Source: Candidatus Latescibacterota bacterium (lineage in GTDB: Bacteria > Latescibacterota > UBA2968). From it: a stretch of DNA of 64,000 nucleotides. Positions 47,720 through 58,278 of this stretch are shown here, one piece after another. Location: contig OZ241986.1 in the NCBI GenBank assembly GCA_965204375.1, positions 2,048,001 to 2,112,000 on the forward strand. Reading direction: 5' to 3'. A program made the position numbers and the translations under genes. Positions within the stretch are counted from its first letter, which is position 1. Each line of letters begins with the position of its first letter. A model generated the notes under the pieces. That model did not search any database, was not told the origin of the DNA, and saw nothing but the letters and a program-made list of their open reading frames with translations.

Positions 47720-49700
47720 CGTGCTCCTTCCATCCCGGTATCGAAATATCCATCCGCCGCTCAGGCGCATAGATCCTATCGCCCTTATAAGGCGTATCCT
47801 GCGTCAAAATATAAATTGCGCCCTCGTACACATACGTAATCTCATCCCTCGGATCTCCCACCACATCTTCTATAACCCCACCCGACCAATCGAATGGCAC
47901 TCCCTCGCACACGGGTTTGATCACCTTGCGACACGCCGCGTCGTAAAACCCGAATGCTTCCGCGCTGGTACTGAGAAACAACAACTCGTGTCCATCGCCT
48001 ACCCAGTTCACAGCCGGTCCACCCTGGCTCGTGTTATCCGGCTCCATCCGGGATAGCGGATCCCCCTGCCCATTCACCAGATTCATAATCCCATAAGTTC
48101 CCCACCGATCGCCCATCCACATCTCCAACCCCGGCAAATCGGGTCTAAAATTCCCCGCGTAAATCCCCTGCACATGCCCATAGCGGTGGTGCCGCAACAA
48201 AGTGCCATCCCGCGCATCCACCAGGAAAAATCCCGGATCGCTCCCCGCAATTCCGACCTCTGGCCCATTGCTCTCATCCCCATCCAATTCCCCAAAAGAA
48301 GCGTGGTCAATATGTCCTGCACCGCCAGAATCCTCGATGTACTCCGCCCCCTCCATTGTCCAGAGATGATTGCCATCCCCATCGTACAGATCGTAACCGG
48401 GCAAAATTTCGTCTCGACCATCTCCATCCACATCGTAAAACCAGATATACATCCCATACCACGCATTGTGCGCATCCTGCCGCCAGCGCAAGTTCAAATT
48501 TTCGTCAAATGCCCAGATCGAATACCCGGTGCCCGCACCGTCACCATCCCGCAAAATCAAATCCTGCGCCTTCTCTGTCTTTCTAATTTTACAGGGCCAG
48601 ATCACCCTGAGCGAATGCAAAACATCTCCCATGCTCGCATTCCTGTATCCCCGATACGGTCCCGTCCTCGGCAATTCTGTTTCCGCTGTCACTTCACCCG
48701 ACTTTCCACTCACCAGCTTTAACCGATCATCCTCAATACCGATAAAATCTTCCACCCCATCCCCATCCAGATCGTGTACCACAGATCTTTGCAGCCCTTT
48801 TGCAGCGGAAAAAGTCCGATCGTATTGCACTTCCCCGTCAAAATTCAAGCACGCGACGCGCACGCCTTCATCCGTCTCCTTCTGCAACACAATTTCCTTT
48901 TGCCCCGCCCCTCTAAAATCGCCGTATCGGACCTCACACGGCCAGAACTCGCCGATATCAATCCGCTTCCACAGCACGGGCTTCGGATACTTCTCCGCCT
49001 CCTCTGCCACCTCTTTTTCATAGGCGTCTAATCGACTCACATACGCGGCATTGGCAGATGCACTCGTTGTAGCGCGCACCGCGCGCATGCGACTTCGCGT
49101 ATTTGTACGCACGCCCACCTTCCCCGTCGGAAAACGATCGTCATAAGCCACAAATGCCTGCTCGCCATTCACATAACACGCAAACCGCTCGCCCTCACAC
49201 ACCACTTTTAGCGCGTAATACTGTCCCCTATCAAATCCATTGGGCAGATCCGCAAGCATCGTCCACGCCTCGTCTTCTCTCCGATAGAGCACAAACCGAT
49301 CAAATCCCTCCATACAAAAATAATAATACTGCCTCAAATCCTGATACCGCACCATAACCCCCGACCGGGCGACAATCGCGTGGGGATCGTCATTCCCCGG
49401 CTGGGTATATGCGTTCAACTGTCGCACCTGCGCTTCCACCGTGTAATCCCCCCACAGCGGCTCACCCGCCACCAGGCACCGATCCGATTTGGCAGTGTGC
49501 TCCAACACCTCTGTGTCGCCATCTTTCACCACCCGATAGTTGCTCAGCATATTCCACTTGGGGGGCGCGACCAGCGCATTCCCCCAGCCCTTGAAATATT
49601 GCTCCTCTATACTCTGATCCGGTTCTGTCTTATCCAGCACCGTCCCCAGCGGACATCCCGTTAGGTCAATCTCCGCCAGCAATTGTTCATTGTTTGCCAT
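47712..49700 (-). CDS. DUF1080-like beta-sandwich + rhamnogalacturonan-lyase(PL11)-like propeller
   Basis: WGDYTVEA..SGVMVRYQD..GKVGVR N-domain; DVDGDGRDEI, GHIDH, HGHVQ-like motif, GNFRPDLPGLE; no signal peptide. Confidence 0.6.
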   Translation of the reverse strand: MANNEQLLAEIDLTGCPLGTVLDKTEPDQSIEEQYFKGWGNALVAPPKWNMLSNYRVVKDGDTEVLEHTAKSDRCLVAGEPLWGDYTVEAQVRQLNAYTQPGNDDPHAIVARSGVMVRYQDLRQYYYFCMEGFDRFVLYRREDEAWTMLADLPNGFDRGQYYALKVVCEGERFACYVNGEQAFVAYDDRFPTGKVGVRTNTRSRMRAVRATTSASANAAYVSRLDAYEKEVAEEAEKYPKPVLWKRIDIGEFWPCEVRYGDFRGAGQKEIVLQKETDEGVRVACLNFDGEVQYDRTFSAAKGLQRSVVHDLDGDGVEDFIGIEDDRLKLVSGKSGEVTAETELPRTGPYRGYRNASMGDVLHSLRVIWPCKIRKTEKAQDLILRDGDGAGTGYSIWAFDENLNLRWRQDAHNAWYGMYIWFYDVDGDGRDEILPGYDLYDGDGNHLWTMEGAEYIEDSGGAGHIDHASFGELDGDESNGPEVGIAGSDPGFFLVDARDGTLLRHHRYGHVQGIYAGNFRPDLPGLEMWMGDRWGTYGIMNLVNGQGDPLSRMEPDNTSQGGPAVNWVGDGHELLFLSTSAEAFGFYDAACRKVIKPVCEGVPFDWSGGVIEDVVGDPRDEITYVYEGAIYILTQDTPYKGDRIYAPERRMDISIPGWKEHDA

Positions 49701-49774
49701 GACTCCCTCCGAGTTGAAAAAATGGAAACTACATCGACGCGATATCTCTTATCCTGCCATCGATAAACCTGAAC

Positions 49775-51721
49775 TCAAAATACATGCACCACATGTCCCT
49801 GCCCCGGAAACCAGACCAGGTCCACCACAAAAGACAGCGTTACTGCCAGGGCATATCCAACCAACAGACCAATAAAAAAAGGCTGCCACTGGCGGTACAA
49901 CACCATCCCCCCTCCCTTCAGCAACAACCCCTTGACCGCCCAAACCAGAAAGGCCGAAAACGCCAGTTCCCGTGTAAAATTGGTGCCGGGAATGGTCAGC
50001 CCGATCGGGTGAAGCGGCCACCTCGGAAACCGATAACGCAAAAAACTCAGCAGTCCCATCAGCGCGGCACCCATACCGAACAGCATCAGTCGGGTACTGT
50101 CCGTACCCTGTGGCGTCTTCATCTTGGCAACCGCCGCATTAAAGGCCGCTTTGTTCCCACTTCTATAGGGCCACACATCAAAATGATAGGCTCCGTGGAC
50201 ATAGGCCAGGTGAAGTGTAAATGCAAGCGATACCACTACACTCAGCGCCAGGCCAAATACCACAGCCCAGAGCAGAAGGCGTCGATTGCCACGCACAAAA
50301 TCTGCCAGCCGTGCCCCGTGTACCACCCCGGGCATAAACAGTCCCCGGTAGGAAATCAACGCATAGGAAAATGCCAATGCCGTCATCGTCGCCCCCGACA
50401 GGGTACGCGTACCCAGAGCAGCCATCGTAAATGCCTGACCGCTCAGCGGGGTGCGCACATAAATCAACCCGGTCTCCGCCACGATCTTGGCTACTCCCAC
50501 ATACGTCACCAGCGTTGCTAAAATACACAGAATGGCGGCACCATAGGCCATCCCCGCCGCGTGTAACCACAACACCAGGTACCCCAGTCCGATAAACAAC
50601 CCCCATACCGCCGCCCGGTAGCCCATCATCTCATCTGAATCTCCGGCGTTCCGATCCCCTCTAAAAGCACTGCGGAACGCGGTGTAAAAGTGCCTCCGGG
50701 CCATCCACAACCCCCAGCCCACAAATACGGTCAACGCCCCGAACCCCTCCCAGCCCGCCACCTCGTATGACGAGCCCCAACTATCGGAGTTCTTCAAACC
50801 AAATCCCAGACGCCTTAAGATACCCACCTGAAATACATTCAGTACATAAAAAAACCAGACGCTAAACAACACTTCCAGGTTGGCAAAATACACAAACCCG
50901 ATCGTAAACAAATTGAGCTTGATCCGGATCCCGGGGAAATTGCGACCCAGTGGTAGCGATGTTCCAGACCGGTAACTGCCCGTGGGAAATTTAGGTGCCC
51001 CAGGAGAAAAATACGACAGGATGTTCCAGGCAATCATCCCAAATCCCGTCACAGCGCCCGACCAGAACAACCTTCCCCCAATCATCCGTATCCCGTGTTT
51101 TGGCGCCGAGACCAGATCCACCGCCACATTTGCCAGCGGATAGACCAATCGCTCGTGATCCACCCACTGCCGCCGCAACAAAACCGCCAGACAGATCGAC
51201 ACACACGCCGCTGCACCGATAAAACTCAGCCACCAGAACAGTGGCAAAACCCACTCTCCCCACGGCACGGCCTGTCCGGGCGGTAATCCCTCAAAAAACC
51301 ATGTCATCGCCCGCCCGTCTTCCGAGGGCGCCATCCACGGTCTGATGTGATTGTGCAGGTAGGGTGCCCACCCATTCTCCGGTGTAGCAAAATAAAATGG
51401 CGCCGCAAGAATCCCCAACAAATACCCCGGCAGTCCGTCTGCCGCCGGGACCACCGCACTGACCAACCCCATCGTCAACGCCACCAGCAAATCCGAACGT
51501 CCGAACGCCCACTCGGGTTTTTTCGCTTTGAGCACCGGATTCACAATCAGAGCACACAGCACAAAGGGCACAAATAGTGCCAGCGCAAAATTGCTCATGT
51601 TCAACCGGGAGGCCCGCACAATAAACTCAGAATAGGTAGCCCAAACGCTCACCAGCACCACAAAAAACGCCCCCAGAACCACCGCGCGAATCTTAAACCG
51701 ATCGTCTCGCACCTGCGCCAT
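49775..51721 (-). CDS. DUF6785/DUF6784-like (OPT-related) polytopic membrane protein
   Basis: YFATPEN.W, W..P..WW, LRRQW...ERL.YPL, WPLHPIG. Confidence 0.75.
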   Translation of the reverse strand: MAQVRDDRFKIRAVVLGAFFVVLVSVWATYSEFIVRASRLNMSNFALALFVPFVLCALIVNPVLKAKKPEWAFGRSDLLVALTMGLVSAVVPAADGLPGYLLGILAAPFYFATPENGWAPYLHNHIRPWMAPSEDGRAMTWFFEGLPPGQAVPWGEWVLPLFWWLSFIGAAACVSICLAVLLRRQWVDHERLVYPLANVAVDLVSAPKHGIRMIGGRLFWSGAVTGFGMIAWNILSYFSPGAPKFPTGSYRSGTSLPLGRNFPGIRIKLNLFTIGFVYFANLEVLFSVWFFYVLNVFQVGILRRLGFGLKNSDSWGSSYEVAGWEGFGALTVFVGWGLWMARRHFYTAFRSAFRGDRNAGDSDEMMGYRAAVWGLFIGLGYLVLWLHAAGMAYGAAILCILATLVTYVGVAKIVAETGLIYVRTPLSGQAFTMAALGTRTLSGATMTALAFSYALISYRGLFMPGVVHGARLADFVRGNRRLLLWAVVFGLALSVVVSLAFTLHLAYVHGAYHFDVWPYRSGNKAAFNAAVAKMKTPQGTDSTRLMLFGMGAALMGLLSFLRYRFPRWPLHPIGLTIPGTNFTRELAFSAFLVWAVKGLLLKGGGMVLYRQWQPFFIGLLVGYALAVTLSFVVDLVWFPGQGHVVHVF

Positions 51722-53857
51722 TTATTTCACCTCAACGCCCCTCAACGCCTCAATCCGCCAGCCAAATTCCTCCTCCAATTCTTTTGTCCATCCCAGCTTC
51801 AGAAAAGCGATCTGCCCCTCCCGGTTGAGAAACCAGGTTGTGGGAAAGCCCTGAATCCCTGCTTTATTCACATATCCGTCATCGAGCAGAACCGGGAAAG
51901 TATAACCCTTTTCCTCCATCCACGGCGGAACCGACTCGGGATCGCGATCATTATTAATCGTCAAAATCGCCACATCTGGATCATCCTTGTAATGCTCGTA
52001 CAAATTCTGAAACTCCGGCATCTCTTTCACACACCACCCACACCATATCCCCCAAAAATTGATCGCCACGACCTTTCCCTTCAAAGAAGTCAGTGATACT
52101 TGCTTACCCTTTAATGTCTTTAAATTGAACGCAAGAGCGGATTCTGGAGACTCAATCCGAGAAGACAGGACCTCTTGTTTGCGCGTCTCTCGATCCGAAG
52201 CTCTCAAAGGTTTTAAGTAATCTTCGTACCCATCTAAACTCCCGTGTCGCTTCAAATAAAGTGACTTCAGAGCCTGATCATTGGGATTTTTACCCGATGA
52301 TGGGATTACTATACCCATTTTGTAAAATATTTCCGCCTGATCGAAATTGTCCATCGCCTCGTAAACCTGCCCCAAATGGTAAAGTATGTCCTCATCTTTG
52401 GAATTCAACTCATGGGCACGCATCAATTCTCGTTCGGCATCTTCCAAACGCCCTTCCTGAAAAAACACCCATCCGAGAGCATCCGCCATCGTCCCGGTCA
52501 TCCCATTTATGGCCTGTTGATACTCTTCCTCTGAATCGAAGTACTCCCTCTGGCTTTTTAGTTTTTCCCGTCCTGCCGCAACACCATCCCGGGCAATCTG
52601 CTCGGCCTCTCGATAATACGATGTGCGTTCCGCCAGTCTAATCGCACCCCTTGGAAATGTGATATGCGGGTTGAGGTTCTCATATTTAACCATACCCTGC
52701 ACCACATCCAGAGTTTCTTCCGCCGATACAGTAGAATCTCCTCCCATAGAAAAGAAAAGGTTCAGATACGCATCTCCCAACAACCCTTCATTATGGTGTC
52801 GGGGTCGTGCGATAAACGCCCGCAACAGGTCCTGATACGCCTCCTCTTGCTCGGGATCCTGGAAACCCTCTTCACCAGCGGCATCTTCCACCGCGCGATA
52901 GCGCTGCACCAGCACCCACTCCGCCTCCTCACTTTCACCATAGGAACTGAGAATGCGATCCCCAAACATTTTTGCCTTTTCCACATCTTCCAGTCGCAAA
53001 TAGAAATCGTGCAATGTCTTTAGAGAAACCACATCTTCTCCTCGCGCGTTCACAAACGCACCGGCATCAGCCTCAATCTCTGCGAATTTCTCTGCTTCAG
53101 ACTTATTTTTAAGTCGCTCAATCGCCCGCCAGAACCGCAGATGTACCTTTGCATCTGTGGGTGCCAGTTGCGCCGCTTTCTGGTATAGCGGATAGGCTTC
53201 ATCATAACGACGCATCACAGCCAGATAATAGGCCGGTCGAAAATAGCCATTTGCATTGCCGGGATCGGCTTTGCGCGCTTCTGCAAACGCCTTCAGGCAA
53301 TCCTCAAACCTTTCGCTATCGCCTCCCCTATTAGAAGTATAGTACAGCGCATTTCCCTTAACGACCAGAAGCCTGGCTGGATTCTCAACTCGCGTTTTAT
53401 ACTCATCCACAAAAGTAATCGCATTCTCTTTATTGCTTCCATACAGCACATCTGCTCTTGTATTGATGACATCCGCATGGTCAGGTAACATCTCCAGAGC
53501 TTTTTCACTGGCTAAAAGAGCCTCATCCCTACGCTCTTTACCAAGTCGATCAAGTGCGCTCGCAAGCGCGACCCAACCCCACACGCTACTTTCAGGAGAC
53601 GTGACCATCTCTTCAGCGGCGGCAACTGCTTCCTCTTTATTCTCCGCAGCCATGTGATGGATAAACCATGCGCGCAGATGCAAATTATCCGGAAACCGTT
53701 CCACCAGCTTTTTTCCTTCAGCATATCCATCTTTATGATTCCGTATTATTTGCAGAGATCTCAACCTCGCAATCGCCTCTTCTGCTATATCTTGCCCTTG
53801 AATGGGAATAGGACACAAACAACAAAGCAGAACATACAAGACCCATCGATTCATCAT
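51722..53857 (-). CDS. Exported TPR protein with C-terminal TlpA/redoxin domain
   Basis: Signal peptide; TPRs; KGKVVAINFWGIWCGWCVKEMP, FPTT. Confidence 0.9.
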   Translation of the reverse strand: MMNRWVLYVLLCCLCPIPIQGQDIAEEAIARLRSLQIIRNHKDGYAEGKKLVERFPDNLHLRAWFIHHMAAENKEEAVAAAEEMVTSPESSVWGWVALASALDRLGKERRDEALLASEKALEMLPDHADVINTRADVLYGSNKENAITFVDEYKTRVENPARLLVVKGNALYYTSNRGGDSERFEDCLKAFAEARKADPGNANGYFRPAYYLAVMRRYDEAYPLYQKAAQLAPTDAKVHLRFWRAIERLKNKSEAEKFAEIEADAGAFVNARGEDVVSLKTLHDFYLRLEDVEKAKMFGDRILSSYGESEEAEWVLVQRYRAVEDAAGEEGFQDPEQEEAYQDLLRAFIARPRHHNEGLLGDAYLNLFFSMGGDSTVSAEETLDVVQGMVKYENLNPHITFPRGAIRLAERTSYYREAEQIARDGVAAGREKLKSQREYFDSEEEYQQAINGMTGTMADALGWVFFQEGRLEDAERELMRAHELNSKDEDILYHLGQVYEAMDNFDQAEIFYKMGIVIPSSGKNPNDQALKSLYLKRHGSLDGYEDYLKPLRASDRETRKQEVLSSRIESPESALAFNLKTLKGKQVSLTSLKGKVVAINFWGIWCGWCVKEMPEFQNLYEHYKDDPDVAILTINNDRDPESVPPWMEEKGYTFPVLLDDGYVNKAGIQGFPTTWFLNREGQIAFLKLGWTKELEEEFGWRIEALRGVEVK

Positions 53858-53872
53858 AACACACCTCCTGCG

Positions 53873-55177
53873 CTATGCTGGCGCGCCATAGACCAGAATC
53901 TTCCGCCGGTCGTAAATCAGCACCTCATCTCTTCCATCCCCATCCAGATCCAACACCATCGCGCCATATCCGATCCCGTAATCATAAGCCCGAAATCCCC
54001 GGATGCGCTGTCTGGGCTGTTTGAAATCCTCTCGAAAGGGAAATTCCATCACCCGGTTGCCGTCGCCATCCATCAGAAACGGCCAGTAAAGATGTGTATC
54101 TTCTGGCTCGCTATCATAGGGCACATCCTCTTGTTGCTTCTTTAAAGCCGGGGCATAAATCACCAGATCCAGCCCGTCATCCCGCCAGCCGCGCACAGCG
54201 TGTTGCGCGTATCCCACACCGGCTTTTTGCCACAGAGCCTGTCCATCGGGTGTATAACACGTCATCCCAATCCACTTTTCATTCAAAATCATCGTCTGCC
54301 CATCTATATCACTGCGAAAACGCCCCACCGTCGTATTCTGCGAATGCTCATGAGGGCGTCTCCAGATCACCTCGCCCTGCGTATTCGCCACAAAAAAATC
54401 TCTGCTACCCGAATACGCAATTTCAATCTCTCCATCCCCATTGAGATCCACCGGATTGATATTATCCGCATGCTCTGCCGTGGCATTTTCCACTGGAATC
54501 GACCACAACAAAGTCCCATCGCTATCCACCAGATTATACCCGATCAACATCTCGTCGCACCCATCGCCATCCACATCGATCAAAACCGGCGCATGCCCTG
54601 CCCCGTGATAATGCGGCGTCATCCACAACTCTGACAAATCGCTATCCAAAACATAAGTCGGATTGCCGTATTCATAAGGCGGATAAGCACCATCATTGAC
54701 CTTCACCACGAGTTGCTGCCGCGTCGGATCGCCCCTCAAACTCCCTGCCTTCACCTGGGAAAAATTATCTGCTGGCAACTTCTTCTTTGCCTGCACCTCG
54801 CCCGTTTCCCCGTCAAAAATCGTCAGCACATCCCACACAATCGCAACCACCTCCGCCTTCCCATCGCCATCTACATCAGCCGTAAGAAAATCATTGCCCC
54901 CATGCGCGCAGTACGGATCTGACCCCCGATGAGGCTCGCCCATCTGCCATAGCTGATTGCCCTCCAGGTCAATCGCCGTAATGCAGAACAAATGCCGTTC
55001 CTCGTCCGTATTCCATCCCCGCTCAATATAGAGATCCGACTTCAACTGCCCTGGACTCTGCCGCAACAAAAACTCCAGCTTTCCATCGCCATTCACATCC
55101 GCCACAATCATCTGCCCACCGACACCTTCCACATCCAGTTCCCACAGCAACCGCGCATCGCTCCGTGCTTCACCCAT
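53873..55177 (-). CDS. FG-GAP / PL11 rhamnogalacturonan-lyase-like beta-propeller protein
   Basis: DVNGDGKLE, DVDGDGKAEV, GAGH...DVDGDG.DE, EH.D, HSQ..VGRFR.D; no signal peptide. Confidence 0.6.
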   Translation of the reverse strand: MGEARSDARLLWELDVEGVGGQMIVADVNGDGKLEFLLRQSPGQLKSDLYIERGWNTDEERHLFCITAIDLEGNQLWQMGEPHRGSDPYCAHGGNDFLTADVDGDGKAEVVAIVWDVLTIFDGETGEVQAKKKLPADNFSQVKAGSLRGDPTRQQLVVKVNDGAYPPYEYGNPTYVLDSDLSELWMTPHYHGAGHAPVLIDVDGDGCDEMLIGYNLVDSDGTLLWSIPVENATAEHADNINPVDLNGDGEIEIAYSGSRDFFVANTQGEVIWRRPHEHSQNTTVGRFRSDIDGQTMILNEKWIGMTCYTPDGQALWQKAGVGYAQHAVRGWRDDGLDLVIYAPALKKQQEDVPYDSEPEDTHLYWPFLMDGDGNRVMEFPFREDFKQPRQRIRGFRAYDYGIGYGAMVLDLDGDGRDEVLIYDRRKILVYGAPA

Positions 55178-55198
55178 AACGGCCTCCTTTTAAATGCA

Positions 55199-56797
55199 TC
55201 AATCCTCTTCCACAACCACAACGCGATCTATCCCAACATCTTCCAACACCTGCACGCGCCCACTCACCCAGCGCACCTCAATGCGATCCACGCGACGCGC
55301 ATTGCCCAGCCCAAAATGCAGACGCAAATCGCTCGCTGACAAATAGCTCGACTGACTTCGAACCTCGCGCACCTGGATCTTTCCCCCCGCACTCACATGC
55401 ACCACTGCCCCAATCCCATCCCTATTTGAAAACCCCTGTCTCGTCTCCTGCATACCCCCCACCAGCTTTACAACGATCCAGTGTCCCGCGTCCCCTACTT
55501 CGTTGCGAAACACCCGCGCACGCTGTCCCGAATGCAACACCACCAGATCCTGATCGCCATCCCCATCCAGATCGCCAACCGCTGACCCGCGACTCACCCC
55601 AGGCGTTTCAACGCCTGCATTGACCACCTCAAATCGCCCGTCCGCATTGCGAAATATTTGATCCGCCTGTAAATAGGACTCAGCCCTGGAAAACGCCTGT
55701 ACATTCGGAAAAATATGCCCATTTGCCACAAACAGATCCAGATCGCCATCGTTGTCATAATCAAAAAAATGAGTGCCAAATCCCAGAGGCAGCAGAGATG
55801 CGCCAGCAATACCGGTTAGCGCGCTGACCTCTGTAAAAAACCCGCCCGTCCTGCACAGATAAATCGCATTGGTCTCGTAGGAAAAATTCGTCACAAAAAT
55901 ATCTGATCGCCCGTCCCCATCAACATCCCCCACATCAACCCCCATCCCCGCCTGCGTCCGGCCCTGCGCATTAAACGCCACACCCGCCTCTATACCCACA
56001 TTCTCAAACCGCCCGCCCGCATTGCGGTACAAAAAATTTGGCGTCGTATCATTCGCCACATAGAGATCGGTATCCCCATCCCCATCGTAATCCAGACTCA
56101 CCACCCCAAGCCCTTTGCCCGAAGAATCCGCCACACCCGCCTCAAAGGACACATCTGTAAATAGTCCATTCCCCTCATTCCGATAAAGCAAATCCGGTGC
56201 CCCCTCAAAATAGCCCGGATCGCAATACGTGCGAATGCCCACCCGCTCACAATGCGGCTCGGTTTTCACATCATACGTCAAATAGCGCACCACATACAAA
56301 TCCAGATCGCCATCCCCATCTGCATCAAAAAAGGTGGCACCAGCAGACCATCCACCGCCATCCACCCCCGCGTTCTTTTCCACAAAACCGCCACGACCAT
56401 CATTTTGATACAGCACATTGGCATCATAACCCGTCGTATAAAGATCGAGATCGCCATCATTGTCATAATCCCCAACCGTACACCCCATGCCATACCCAAC
56501 ACCAGGCGCACCCGGCACAGCAGAAAATCGAAACCCGCCATCGTTTCGATAAAGCGCGTTCTCGCCGCCCGCCTGCCCGTGTTCTCCATTGACAAAATAC
56601 AGATCCAGATCCCCATCCCCATCCGCATCAAACACCGCACACCCCGATCCCATGGTTTCCAAATAATGCCAATTTCCCCGCGCGCCAGTCCGATGCACAA
56701 ACGATATGCCAGACGCTTCTGCGACCTCCACAAATTGCTCTGCGGCAACAGAACTCGCGTACAAAAAAACAAACAAAAAAACAGCTTTCTTCATCAT
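55199..56797 (-). CDS. Secreted CRTAC1/ASPIC-UnbV family protein
   Basis: ETMGSG..FD.DGDGD.D, GKGLG, AGMGVD, SRG..GDLD, NRDGIGA, HFGLG. Confidence 0.92.
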   Translation of the reverse strand: MMKKAVFLFVFLYASSVAAEQFVEVAEASGISFVHRTGARGNWHYLETMGSGCAVFDADGDGDLDLYFVNGEHGQAGGENALYRNDGGFRFSAVPGAPGVGYGMGCTVGDYDNDGDLDLYTTGYDANVLYQNDGRGGFVEKNAGVDGGGWSAGATFFDADGDGDLDLYVVRYLTYDVKTEPHCERVGIRTYCDPGYFEGAPDLLYRNEGNGLFTDVSFEAGVADSSGKGLGVVSLDYDGDGDTDLYVANDTTPNFLYRNAGGRFENVGIEAGVAFNAQGRTQAGMGVDVGDVDGDGRSDIFVTNFSYETNAIYLCRTGGFFTEVSALTGIAGASLLPLGFGTHFFDYDNDGDLDLFVANGHIFPNVQAFSRAESYLQADQIFRNADGRFEVVNAGVETPGVSRGSAVGDLDGDGDQDLVVLHSGQRARVFRNEVGDAGHWIVVKLVGGMQETRQGFSNRDGIGAVVHVSAGGKIQVREVRSQSSYLSASDLRLHFGLGNARRVDRIEVRWVSGRVQVLEDVGIDRVVVVEED

Positions 56798-58272
56798 TCT
56801 CGTGCCTTTGCCGCCATTGCCTCGGCCTCTGCTTTCCGCCCTGCCCGACCGTAGAGAACCGACAACTGGAGATACAACTCGCTCGGATCTTCCACTCCCT
56901 CAATCACCTGATCATACAACGCCCTTGCCGCGTCCATATCTCCCGCCACTGCATGTGCCACACCCAATCGCACCAGCAACCCCGCAGAATACGCAACCTG
57001 ATCTGCCCTGGCCTGATATGTCGAGATACACTTATTCAAATGTCCCGTCTTCGCCTGTGACTGGCTAATCTGATCGTAAATATAGAACGCAGCATAGGCA
57101 ATTGGATCCATCGCCACAATCCGCTCATACCCCTCCACCACATCATGCGACAACCCATCAGCACACAAAAACATATTTGCTCTATGTCTCAATGCCTCGT
57201 CAGATACCATGCCTCCTTCACCCAGCGCAAAAGCCGCATCATAAGACCGCCGCGCCCGCTCTACATCTCCCAACGCCTGATAGGACTGTCCCAGAGCGAG
57301 ATACACCACGGGGACCTCCGGACTAAACCGCCACGGCAAATTCGGATCTTCCACCAGATCAACCGCTTCCCGATAAACCCCTATTGCCTTATCGTGATGC
57401 CCCAATCTCACAAATCTGTCTCCGAAATCCAGCAAATCGGCTATCTTATCAAATCGCACGGACAACACATACTGATCTCGAACTGTGTGCCGATGGCGCT
57501 CGTCAAAAAACTTAAACGTCTCCCAGACCTGTCGCGCCGATAGCGAATCGCCCGATACCTGATAAGCCTGTGCCAGTCCATAGTGACCTTTGGGATCTTC
57601 AAAATCAATTTTTGTCGCCCGTTTGTACGCAGATATAGCAGACGCATACTTGCCGTGCATCATCATGAGTTGTCCGATCTCTAAATGCGCCTCTTTGCGA
57701 TCCGAAAACATGTGGACGGCCTTTTGAAATGCCTCCAGCGCCTCGTCGTAACGCGCTTGCCTGACCAGCGCAAGCCCATATCCGTAAACCGCCAGATCGT
57801 CCGTCGGATCTCGCTCCAAAACAGCCTTAAACGCCTCTTCCGCATCGGAATACGCCCCTGCCAATTCAGTTACAAATCCCAGATTTCGGTAAAACATTGT
57901 CTCATCGGGTTTTAGCGCAACCGCCTGCTCAAATGCTTCAATCGCCGAGCTGTAATTGCGCTGAAAAAAATACACCACCCCAAGATCGTTATGCGCTCCT
58001 GCATCCTCTATTTTCAGATGAATAGCCCGCCGCAAATTCTCCCCGGCCTCTTGCAAATCGCCCTGCCGCGTCACAATTTGAAGCCATCCCAAAAATCGGT
58101 ACGCATCCGCCGCTGTCGAATCGGCTGCGATCACATCCTCGCACCGCACCATTGCACCGTAATAATTGCCCTTGATAATATCGACCAGCACCGAGTCCAT
58201 CTGTGACGGCTCAACATGTGAGACAAACAGCATCCACACCATTAGCCCGTAACCAAATCTTTTCAAAATCAC
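56794..58272 (-). CDS. TPR repeat protein (probably exported)
   Basis: Repeated A...LG..Y...Y..A...F..A TPR units. Confidence 0.88.
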   Translation of the reverse strand: MILKRFGYGLMVWMLFVSHVEPSQMDSVLVDIIKGNYYGAMVRCEDVIAADSTAADAYRFLGWLQIVTRQGDLQEAGENLRRAIHLKIEDAGAHNDLGVVYFFQRNYSSAIEAFEQAVALKPDETMFYRNLGFVTELAGAYSDAEEAFKAVLERDPTDDLAVYGYGLALVRQARYDEALEAFQKAVHMFSDRKEAHLEIGQLMMMHGKYASAISAYKRATKIDFEDPKGHYGLAQAYQVSGDSLSARQVWETFKFFDERHRHTVRDQYVLSVRFDKIADLLDFGDRFVRLGHHDKAIGVYREAVDLVEDPNLPWRFSPEVPVVYLALGQSYQALGDVERARRSYDAAFALGEGGMVSDEALRHRANMFLCADGLSHDVVEGYERIVAMDPIAYAAFYIYDQISQSQAKTGHLNKCISTYQARADQVAYSAGLLVRLGVAHAVAGDMDAARALYDQVIEGVEDPSELYLQLSVLYGRAGRKAEAEAMAAKARE

Positions 58273-58278
58273 TCCTCC